Below the pieces are notes generated by a model. That model was not told the DNA's origin and searched no databases. It saw only the letters and a program-made list of their open reading frames with translations. From Selaginella moellendorffii (lineage: Eukaryota; Plantae; Lycopodiophyta): DNA of 64,000 bases. Where the stretch lies: contig NW_003314266.1 in assembly GCF_000143415.4 (NCBI RefSeq), positions 518,463 to 582,462 on the forward strand, read 5' to 3'. Of this stretch, positions 35,076-45,985 are shown one piece after another (positions within the stretch are counted from its first letter, which is position 1; each line of letters starts with the position of its first letter). The translations under genes were made by a program, and so were the position numbers.

Positions 35076-35727
35076 ATGGCTCTTGGATGTTCTTCTCGAT
35101 CCATGGTCTCACTCCTGGCATTGCTTTGCATAGCTCTTCTGCCATGGACTTCTCTCTCCGTCGGGACGCTGAACACTCTGGGACCGATGTGGAGCAAGTC
35201 GGACAATCCCAGCTGGAACGGTCGGGCCCCCTACACGAATTCCTTCGCGCTGTGTGTGCTCGAGTCGGGAACTCTCCTGCCATCGTCTCAGGTACGTTTC
35301 CAACGCAAAACAACACAGATGCTCCGAGCACTCCCATGTTTGCTCTGAGCTCTGGTGGCTACTTCACGTGCGCGCTTAGCTACGAGAGCAAGAAGCCATT
35401 TTGCTGGGGGAATCCCAACTCGACGGTTCCATCGGTTTACAGGGATGTGAGCTACAGCAGCTTGAGCGCTGGACAGGGTCACGTCTGCGCTCTAAGAAGC
35501 AGTGGAAAACTCGACTGCTGGGGACAAAACACGTATGGGCAGCTAAACTTTCCGCAAGCTCGCAGCTTTATCCAAGTGAGCTCTGGATATGACTACACCT
35601 GCGGGCTCGTCGAGGGTGGCGAGGCTCTTGGGATCGTTCCACCGCTGTTTTCTCCCGCGCACAGCCGAAATCGCCTTTAGTGTTTTGTGAACGCACACTT
35701 GCGGACTGGAAAAGGACACTGGGACTG
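35076..35727 (+). pseudogene. 5' fragment of the CRINKLY4-like kinase cut by the duplication breakpoint
   Basis: Nearly identical to 45986-46658, with a frameshift near 35287, and ends at the unit junction. Confidence 0.9.
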
Positions 35728-35937
35728 TGGACGACCAACGGCTTTAAAAGCGAAGACCGGCATTTAAATCGCTACTCCTATTTGGTAAGCAAATTAAAGC
35801 TAATTTACTACTAATTCACGCACCAACCGTCCGGGTCAACTCTAAAGTCAACAATGTTGACTTTTAAAACATTGTCTGTTGATGCGTAAAATATTCTTAT
35901 TATATTGTTGTACACTTCTTTTAAGTTCTATTCGATG

Positions 35938-36650
35938 TCGTAGCAAAGCAAAGGAAGAAATAAAACCTTGGGCAGTCTTTCATTCCCTAAGATTCCTGGT
36001 GAGTTTCATAGGGCCGTACGATCTCAAGCACGAAGTTCCAGTAATGGATATATCCAACTTGGAGACCATCGATTCAAGAGAAAGAGCTCTCCAAGCCCTC
36101 GGGGGAAGCTGGGGATTCTTCCTGTTGCTAGGACATGGAATTCGGACGAGGTCGGTTTTGCGACCAGCTTGGGGCAGCCTGGCAGACGTGACCTTGCGAT
36201 CCAAGCAAGCTTTCCGCAAATCTGGCGCGCTACCGAGTTATGAAGCGGAGATTATCGTTATGTCCAGGCGGCTGCTGGAGCTCTTCTCGGAATCGCTGGG
36301 ACTTGGAGCGAGCGAGCTCGTTAACATGAGGCTGAATCACTGTCCTCCCTGCAACTCACCCTAGGAATCACGGACATAAACACCTTCGCAATCTTGGAAG
36401 GACATCCAATTTCTTCACGATGGAGCGAGGGTGACTACCAGGCCTTCGGCCGGAGCTCTTGTGGTCAACATTGGAGACCAGCTCCGGTATGCTCTCAGAT
36501 GCTTGCTCTTTAGTTTGGATTGAGTTTTCTTCTCGATCGCTAGATTCTCTCTAATGATAAGTTCAAGAGCGTGGACCATCGGTCAATCCCAAAAGAGCTC
36601 GAGTTTCGATCGTAATGCCCTTTGTATGGAGAATATACCAAAACCTCCAA
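35938..36650 (+). pseudogene. 2OG-Fe(II) dioxygenase pseudogene (unit 2)
   Basis: Counterpart of 21179-21900 with further deletions. Confidence 0.9.
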
Positions 36651-36848
36651 ATATCTTTGGCGGGAATTTTGTGTAATAAAGAAAAAATGAGTAATATCTT
36701 GTCTCGATTTGTGGGTGTCATTTTTGCGGAGGGGCCATGCTAAAAGCAAATGCTTCCATACACGCATCTCGTCTATAGGTCAATTCTAAATCTGACTTTT
36801 CAGCGCATCTAAAGCGTGATTTATCGTAGCAAAGGGGAAAAAAGAATC

Positions 36849-37932
36849 ATGGGCAGTCTTTCGTTCTTCAAGATTCCTGGGGAGTTTCACAGGGCTCCGG
36901 ATCCACACCCATGGAAAGATCTCGATCACGAAGTTCCAGTGGTGGACATATCCAACTTGGAGGAGACCGACTCAAGGGAGAGAGCACTCCAAGCTCTCCG
37001 GGACGCCTGTGAGAGCTGGGGATTCTTCCAGTTGCTAGGACATGGAATTCCCCGCGAGCTCAGCGACGAGATGATGGAGGTGGCCTACAAGTTCTTCGAT
37101 CTTCCAGCCCAAGACAAGCTCGTCTACTACTCGGACAATGTCTTGGACGAGGTCGGTTTTGCGACCAGCTTCGAGCCTCCGAAGTTCGAGGTGTCCAAGA
37201 GTCGGCGGCCAAGCGCAACCTGGAAGGAGTTTTTCTTCCAGATGTGCTCCCCACCTTGCGATCCAAGCAATCTTCCAGAAAATCCCGCGCGCTACCGAAA
37301 CGTCTCCACGAGTTATGGAGCGGAGATCACCGCTCTGGCCAGGCGGCTGCTGGAGCTCTTCTCGGAATCTCTGGGACTTGAAGCGAGCGAGCTCGCCGGG
37401 AGATTCGAAGGCGAGCTCATGTCCATGAGGCTGAATCACTATCCTCCCTGCCCGGAGCCACAGCTCACCATTGGAATCCAGCCTCACTCGGACATAAACG
37501 CCTTCACGATCTTGCAGCAGGACGTAGAGGGCCTTCAAGTTCTTCACGATGGAGCGTGGGTGACTCTCAAGCCTTTACCCGGAGCTCTCGTGGTCAACAT
37601 TGGAGACCAGCTCCAGGTATGCTCTTGCTTTCTTAGATTCTTTACATTGAGTGAGTTTTTCTTCTCGATTGATCGCGTGCTAGATTCTCTCCAACGATAA
37701 GTTCAAGAGCGTGGAGCATCGAGGAGTGGTCAATGCCGAAAGAGCTCGAGTCTCTATCGTCTGCTTCTACAGCCCCGGTCTGGGTGCTCGCATTAGGCCC
37801 ATCCCGGAGCTTGTCAACGAGGAATGCCCCGCGAAATACACCGAAAGTTTGTATGGAGAATACGCCAAAGCCTCTCTTAGCATGGAGCTCAATAGGAAGA
37901 GCGCTCTGTCCACTCTCAAAGTTGACGTATGA
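36849..37932 (+). CDS. 2-oxoglutarate/Fe(II) dioxygenase, copy 2 (exons 36849-37616, 37684-37932)
   Basis: Same intact motifs as copy 1; 5-aa longer loop (SFEPPKFEVS). Confidence 0.95.
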
Positions 37933-38487
37933 AAAGATAATTTTGTTTTCGAACAAAAAGAGAATCTTAAGCTTTAGAAAAAGTAAATTCAAAGATGATC
38001 ATTCTCAATACATAACACTTCTGTAATGTTTGAAATAAATGGATAGTAGTCGTCTAAGAACTTTCATCATATTTTGCCACAAAAGAGATCATTTTGAGAG
38101 TTTTACTCCATGCTCGTTCTTGCCTCTGTGGTGCTTGCAGCTTCTTCTATGATCCAATGCCAGGCCGCCGCACCAGAACGCAACCATGTAACACCACTGC
38201 GTTTCTTGACACTGCCTCCACGTTTTCTGCCCGTGCCACCGGTTAGCTCTTCTCGTTGTTTCATCTCCCTGGAACAGGGTTGCAACTATGCCGCTTGCTC
38301 TTGCCACAGTTCACTTAAAGCCCGCGAAGCTCGAGCTGCCAAGCACTCTTTTCAACCTCTGGAATAAACACTAGTAGCAAATTGTTTCAGAGCGCAGAGA
38401 TCTGGAAACGTAATCCTTTCCATTAGTTTGAGCATCTGACCAAGAAACGTGTTTATGCTTACTTGCGAAGGCACAGAGGAGCACAGA

Positions 38488-40276
38488 CTACGAGCCTCTT
38501 CTGGGGCAGCGATAGCACTTTGCGAACAGTCCAAACTCGTGAGCTTGGTTCCTTAGCACGCTGATGCTCGCCCACGTTGCAAAGCCACCGGCCATGATTG
38601 CCATCCAAAGGATGGCTCCCAAGTTCATGCAGTGGAGACTTAACCAGCTCGTGCCAAACGGAGGCTGCTCGATTGCATTCTAAACAGCAGTGAGGTTAGA
38701 TTAATCTTTAGAACCGTGCCAGAGGTTTCATGCGGTACCTTTTGAGATTTGGAAGTCCAGAAGACGAGCACGGACGCAGCACAGGGAATGACGTATAGCC
38801 AGGTCATAAAGATGGACCCAGCCGCCGAGCTTAAAGTTCCATAAAACGGGAACATAATAGCCACCAACAAGGATCCCAAAAAGACCGGAGTTCTGACCAA
38901 CGTTTTCTTCCAGTAGCTTGAAGACTGATGGATTTTAAACCACTTCTCTACAATAATATATAGAGGCTGTGAGCAAATCCCATACTGGATGAGCTGCTCA
39001 GCACGGCCGTCAATAGTATAGATAGAGAACCGCGTGTGAATACCTGATGTAGGAGCATAAGAACCACTGCCGCATCACGAAATTTTGTGCGTGGGAGCAT
39101 AGAGAAGACATTGTACTGCACGTTGTCTCCGAAAGCCCAGTAGACGCTTATAATCGAAAACAGCACCACAGGTGTCATGAACAAGTCCGAATAGAGAGAA
39201 GTCAGCTTGTATTTTGAAGGTTGCCACATCGCATCCATTAGCTCTCTGCAAAGTAAAGATTCAAAGTCGAGTCTAGAACTTGAGTAAATGCTTACACTGG
39301 GATCGCATGAGCTCCAAATATGATAGTGCTAGCAAACCCGTTAAAGTAGCTCCTGATGCTGTGTGGTGCCGTGTGCCTCACGTCGTTATCCTGCACGAAG
39401 CTCAGAACCGCTTGAAACACACAATATATACCTGGTGAATCGCCAAAGAAGCAAATGCCATATACAAAGCAGTGCAAACGATCATCACAAGACCGGCGAA
39501 AGACCACATTCTATAGTTCCGAAGGGAGGGAATGAAGACAGTCGTTGCAAAGCATGAACCGAGGACTAAAGTCCAAGTTCTTCGTTCTAACTTGTCATTG
39601 ATGTAGTATACTACGCTGCAAACATTCGAATTTCAACGATTTGGAACACCGAATTCATCACTTACTTTCCAACAGCAACCATTTGAATAGCTGCAAAGCT
39701 GAACATGATTCCAAAGCTAAATATCAGTGTGATTGTTTCCCAGCGGCGTCCTAAAAGACCGCCAAGAACCTCGTGCATCTGCTAGACGTAAAGAATGTAA
39801 AGACGTAAAGAACACGAGTTTCTTCGTGAAAAGCCACTCACTCCACCTGTATAGTGTGGCGCTTGAAAGAGTGGGGGTTGTCTTTCAGCGTATTATGACG
39901 ATACTGCAGGTATAAGGTGTTCATCATCCAAGAGCTCCAGCAGCCTACAGTAGACTGAATCAAGATAGCAAGTATGCCAGAAACGAATCCCATTTGCGAC
40001 ATTGCAAAAGGTAGCGACAGCAGCAATTGCGATATCTGTTAACAAAGACCAGAAATTCCAGTGGAAGAAAAACAAAAACCATACCTTGGTTGTCGACATG
40101 TTCAACCAGGCATCAACGGTAGAACCCCCATCGCAAAAGACCGTCGAAAAGAAACGCGAAATCGTGGGAGTAGAACCAAACGAGATGTGAATGCCAGACG
40201 CACTAGCGCCAGACGAAACATGAAGAACATAATTCGCTTCTCCAGTCTCTGCATCGGCATCATCGTAGGAGGACAT
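38488..40276 (-). CDS. Diverged AUX1/LAX-family transporter, copy 2
   Basis: Exons appear in frame; frame-changing indels fall in introns (one intron reduced to 41 nt). Confidence 0.82.
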
Positions 40277-40682
40277 CCTTAGATCTTGCGGCAGGGAAAT
40301 CTAAAGGTTTGTGTGCATACCATATTATGAGGTCAAATATTCTTGTCGATGTCTGATCGCATCTTACGTTATAAGCATGTTCTAGCGATGATTTCTTCCG
40401 CCTTCTCATCAAGCTGCGCCACTAAGACATGACGGAATGTGATCATCACTTCCAAGCCTGTGGGAGTTATTTACAAAACATACTAAAACTATTACGTACG
40501 TACTACGTATTTACGCCCGGTCAAGCTGGGTGGGTCCATAACACGTAACGTTCAAGTCGGTCAAGTAGAGGAACTTTACCAATTGAATCTGTGCCAAGGT
40601 CCTACAGTGAAAGCAATATCGGTCAATCTCCTCAATCGTCACTCCGGCACTCACCTAAAGAACTCGAAGAGCCCTGAGCGGC

Positions 40683-41844
40683 ATGGAAGACGAAAGTTGG
40701 ATGAAGCTCATATTGATCAACCAGGGATACTTCATCTCCTCGTCCCTCAAGGCCTTGGTGAAGCTCAAGGTACCTGACATCCTCAACAAAGCCGCACCCT
40801 CGCTCTCCCCAGTAGAGATCTGCGACCAGCTGCCGCTCCGCAGCAAAGCCACTCTAGATTCTTCCGCATCTCAGCTGGGTCGACTTATGCGTGCTCTGGC
40901 CATGTTTGGTGTCTTCCAAGAGTGCCCCTCGTCAGAGGGAGAACAGAGGTATGGCCTCAACGCCGTCTCCAAGCACCTAGTCACAGAAGGCAATAGCGAA
41001 TCAATGGTACCATCGATGATGTTTTTCCCGAAGCAGTATAATGTATGGGACTTGTTACCTGACGCTATACTCGAAGGTGTACAGCCAGGCTCCAAAGCTC
41101 ATGGTGGAAAGTCGGTGTTCGAGCTGGACCCAGCCATCGTCAAGGTGTTCAACACCGTCATGTCAGCTTACACGAGACGGACCATGCGGCTCGCTCTGCA
41201 AGTTTACGACGGCTTCCAGCATGCGGAGGTGATTGTGGATGTCGGTGGCAGCTTGGGAGCGTCTCTAGAAATCATCCTTGCCAAGTACCCGAACGTCAAA
41301 GGGATTAACTTCGATCTCCCAGCGGTCGTGGAACACGCTGCAAAAGTACAAGGTTCGTCACAAATTTGTATGTGTCTTGAAATGCACTTACTATCTAATC
41401 TTCAGGTATGGAAAACGTCGGAGGAGACATGTTCGTCTCCGTTCCTCAAGGAGACCTCATGTTGCTGAAGGTAAAAAGATGTCTACGGCCAAGATGGAAA
41501 ATCTAAGAGCTAGACTTTGGCATTTACTTTTGCAGTGGGTTCTACACGACTGGAATGACGAAAAAGCTATCAAGATCCTTGAAAACTGCCGCCAATCACT
41601 TGCAGAGGGAGGCAAGGTGGTGGTAATTGATGCACTTCTGCCGGAGGTTGCTGAAAAAAGCGACGAATATAGCCTGGCTGACAAGAATGCAGTTTTGTAT
41701 GATCTAGCTATGCTAACAACAGGAGAAGCAGCAAAGGAGAGAACTTACAAGGAGTTGGAGCAAGTTGCGATGGCTGCCGGCTTCTCCAGCTTATCAGTCA
41801 GAGCTAGAGTCGACTCTGCCTCCATTATCGAGATCTATCCTTAA
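40683..41844 (+). CDS. O-methyltransferase, copy 2
   Basis: Almost identical to copy 1 (one codon shorter, one E>D change). Confidence 0.95.
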
Positions 41845-41887
41845 AAATTCCAGACAATCAGTGCAATCCAGATATTTGTGAAACGCA

Positions 41888-43242
41888 TTACCTGCTTGAT
41901 GCTGTTGCTGGTTGCTGTTCGCGAGAAATCACGTCGTCCTCTGTATCGTCACTGGTTCCATCACTAAAGTCGTTACTGTCGCTCACTTCTGTTGGATGAT
42001 CACTTTCATAAGTTGTGTCCTCCAGTTCTTCATCGTTAACGGCCTTGGAAAGATCCGGCTCAGCCTCAGGCGAGGAATCTGGAGTACAAAGACTGCTCCG
42101 GCTTCTTCTTCGCGGATCTGTTAGAGGTAGCAAGCTCCGCTTAAGTGGTCTCTTCTTCCTTGAAACAAGCGCCAGTTCCACGTACTTCCGACGCAAATCA
42201 ATGTACGGGGACATCTCAATCTTGTAGTCCCAGTGGTAAGCTTCCCTCAAGAACACGAAGTAATAGTTGTTGAGCCGTTCCATGGCGAAGAACAGCGATT
42301 CCCTCCGCAAAAAACTTGGCCAAGTCCTCTGGAAGCTGGAGCTCGTCTTTGAGAATCGCTAGATCTCTCACATTCGCTCGCTTCAGCAACGTCAAGCTTA
42401 GAAACTCGTGACACACCGCGAGAGACCGCTTCCGTGCCTCTGGCGAGCCATCCGGATCGTCAACTTTAACACCACGCTCGTATGGAGAATCAAACCGGCG
42501 CTTCTGGAAGGACAAGAGCTTCAAGTATCTGTCCCTTTCCATCTCGCAGTTGTTCTTGAAAGCTACTCGAAAGCTGTGAGCATTTCCCTCGCAAAACTTG
42601 TCCTTGCGGCTCGGGTCAATATGTTTTACCCCCCGGAGCTCTCGAGCCGTGACCGCTAGCGCTGGATCCCAAGCCCCCAGCTCCAGCATCGCGTCGTCCT
42701 TTTGGTTCCTGGTGATCGTGAAAAAATCCGGGAACCTGACCAGGGTGGTGGTCTCGAAATCCTCGGAGAAGCCAAAGCACGGCTTGAGAATGTTAAGCTT
42801 CTTCACTGGAATCCTCCCTTCCTTGGCCATCATCAAGAGCTTCCTCAAGACCTGGATAGCATACGGCTCGTGCTGCTTTAGAACTTCCTCCTCCCTCTTC
42901 ATGAGGTGCTTCATCGTCTCGGTCAGCTCCACAATCTTACGGGACTTTTTGTCACACATCTCAAACATGAGCCGGAATTTCCTCAGAAAGAAGTCGGAGT
43001 CCCTGTTGCGAAATCCCAGCTTCTTGGCGACCTTTTGGAACCTTTGAGACGAGCTCCGTGGCAGCCACGGCCCCGGCCACACGATGGATGAGCCGCATTT
43101 CCTTCTCGCGCACGGCGAGCTTGGCGTAGGTCATCGCGTCCTGGCCGCCGCTGAATCCGCCCATAGATCGCTTGCTCCAGACCATACATCCTGTAAGAAT
43201 GCGAATCCCTGTGGCGGATCCCAGTACCTGGCGTTGCCGCAT
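41888..43242 (-). pseudogene. PORR gene copy with two frameshifts
   Basis: 5-nt deletion near 43040 and +1 A near 42310 relative to copy 1. Confidence 0.9.
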
Positions 43243-43339
43243 CGCCCTTGTAAAGCCCTAAACCGTTCTTCCCGCCAATGGGAAGAACCCTAAAAAGAAG
43301 GAACTTAACAGTGAATCATCTAACATAGACAAGACAATA

Positions 43340-43735
43340 TTATTGTCCTCGTATATCTAAGGTGGTTCTCGAGCAATTTGCACACTGCTTGCAGAGGTCG
43401 CACTTATCCTTGCACAGCTCCTCGCGCAAACTGCGCATGTCCTCACCCAGTTCCTGGCGCAGTTTGTGCAGCTCCTCACTCAGTTTTTTGTGCAAGTCCT
43501 CGAGCAAATCCTCGCCCAATTTGCGCAGGGCCTCCAGCAACATCTCGCCCAAGTCCACAGTCTCGCTACAAATCAAAAGTCAAACAAAGATGAGGAACAA
43601 ACAAACTTACGTGATGGGGTGGATTTCATTCACACCCCTTAACTTGCAGTCGTCTTCGAACACTCTGCAGTGCTGTGTCACGGGACACCAAGATGTTAAC
43701 AGTAGTAGTGCTGTCATTAAAAGTATTTGATTCAT
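43340..43735 (-). CDS. Hypothetical 116-aa protein, hydrophobic N-terminus plus ~11-residue helical repeats (exons 43735-43611, 43565-43340)
   Basis: 45-nt GTAAG..TAG intron joins MNQILLMTALLLLTSW.. in frame to ETVDLGEMLLEALRKLGED..; no homology recognised. Confidence 0.4.
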
Positions 43736-43799
43736 GTTAGTTTTTGCCGAAGAAACCCAGTAGATCCAAGAGCCTTTAATCTTAGCCGTCTACGGGTGG

Positions 43800-45770
43800 T
43801 GATATGAGACTGTTCAAACGATTGCTTTGGAAAGCCCAGAAGTTTAGCTATTACGCTGAGATCACCCTGGTCAGCGCATGGAAGATTTTCTTGCTCTCCT
43901 GGAGCAAGTCGGACAATCCGAACTCGGACGGCCGGGCTCCATACAGGAATTCCTTCGCGCTGTGCTTGCTCGAGGCGGGAACACTCATGCCATCGTGCTC
44001 AGGAACTTTTCCAACGCAAAACAACACAGATGCTCCAAGCACTCCCATGTTTGTTCTGAGCTCCGGTGGCTACTTCACTTTCGGACTTAGCTACGAGAGC
44101 AAAAACCACGATGCTGGGGGAATTCCACGATGGCCGTTCCATCGGTTTACAGGAATGTCAGCTATAGCAGCTTGAGTGCCGGACAGGATCACGTCTGTCC
44201 GCTGAGAAGCAGTGGAAAGCTAGACTGCTGGGGATCAAACGTGGATGGGGAGCTAGACGTACCGAAAAATCGCAGCTTTGTCATGGTGAGCTCTGGCTAT
44301 GGCTACACTTGCGGGCTCATCAAGACTGGTGAAGCGTTTTGCTGGGGGTGAGATGCTCCATCCCGTTCACTGGCCAGTGGTATCACCTTTGGTGCTTTGT
44401 TCTCCGGAGGAACACACGCTTGCGGTAAAGAACAGTAGCGCTCCGGTTTGTTGGGGATATAACGACCACGGACAGGAGGTCCAGGGCCGGTTGACGACCC
44501 AAGCATTTTATTCGCTAGCTTTGAGACTGTTCCACTCATGCGGAATAGTGAAGGACACAGGGAACGTAGTCTGCTGGGGTGACAATGCTTTCAACCAGAC
44601 GGATGGCCCGAAAGGCGAGACCTTTTCAGTCATTTCAGCTGGAGACTACTACACTTGTGGTGTGAGCTTGAAAGATCCAGAGAAGCAAGCAGCAGTACCA
44701 GCTTGTGCAAGCTGGCTCGAAGAGGTGTCCGGTTGCTGGCGATCGAGTGTGTCTCGAGTGTTTACGAGGCAACAAGCGGTGCACGGGAACCGAGCCAACG
44801 AAATTGCATCAAGGAACTTAGCAGTGGGATTTTCCATGGGAGGAATCTTCATTCTTGGTGCTGCTGCTTTTACAGCGGGGTATTTTCTTCGGCGACGACA
44901 CAAGCGTCCATTTCAATGTGGCTGTTTACCTTGGCGAGGGAAACCATCCACATCGGAGGAATGGGAGATTCTAGCAAACAGGCTGGTGACTTTCAGTAGC
45001 TCGGAGATCATCCACGAAGGCTACCACTCAGACATGATCGTCGAGAAAGGTGCCCGCAGAGTGGTGTATAAGCCTGTTCTTCCGGATGGACGAGCGCTGG
45101 CTTTGAAGAAATCCCGTGCCGATGACAAGTCTTTGATGAAGGAGCTGTCCCTGCTAGCCAGATTACACCACACTTATCTCGTGAACTTGGTGGGATACTG
45201 CGGCTCGCTCTTCGACTGCCTTTTCAAGAAGCCAGAGATCAGGCTGGATTGAATTCGCATCGCAGCACAGGCAGCTCGAGGACTGGAGTCCTTACACAAG
45301 TATGCGTCTCCAGAAATACTCCATCGAGATGTGAAAGCAGCAAACATACTCTTGGATGGGGACTGGAACGCTTGTCCGACTTTGGCTTCTCCCTCTCGAC
45401 GTCGGGGAGTAGCACCCGGTTCATGACAATGGTCGGAACACCTGGCTACATGGACCCGGAGAGCAAACCATCAAGTTCACCACCAGGAGCGACGTCTACA
45501 GCTTTGGAGTGGTGCTGCAGGAGCTCCTCACAGGTCGACAAGCGATTCAAAGCTCGGAGAAGCTCCGCAGAGCTGGAAGAGGTGCTCGAGCTGGCCCTCC
45601 AGTGCACAGGCTTTGATGGCGATCTTCCTCCCAGTATAAGCGGTGTTGCGAACACTCTGGAGCGTGTGTTGAGCACAGTGGTGAGACGTCCAGAGGAGAA
45701 TTTCAGTGCCTCGAGCAGTACTACTACGAATGTTTTTACTAGCAGCAGCTGCTCGAAAGAACTCTGAAGT
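43800..45770 (+). pseudogene. CRINKLY4-like kinase pseudogene (paralog B, unit 2)
   Basis: Counterpart of 32480-34790 with a different set of lesions. Confidence 0.9.
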
Positions 45771-45985
45771 AGCGAAATAATTAAGCATTTTGAACATTAA
45801 TGTTATCCAAATTACGCTTAAACTGTGGTATCCTTGATTTTTCTGTGTTTTTTAGTGAGATTTGGCAACTAGACATCTCCTTTTTCTCTGTCAAGATCCC
45901 AAGCGCGTGGGATGAAAAGTCAGCGTTTTGGAAAAAGTTTTCTTGGCATCCAGTCGAGGTGAGCTAGACCTTTCTCTCCGGGGAA

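Larger units (their letters stand above)
20937..35727. repeat. Tandem segmental duplication, unit 1 (~14.8 kb)
   Basis: tgtggaagaccaacggctttaaaagcgaagaccg recurs at 35726; the same gene order follows. Confidence 0.92.
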
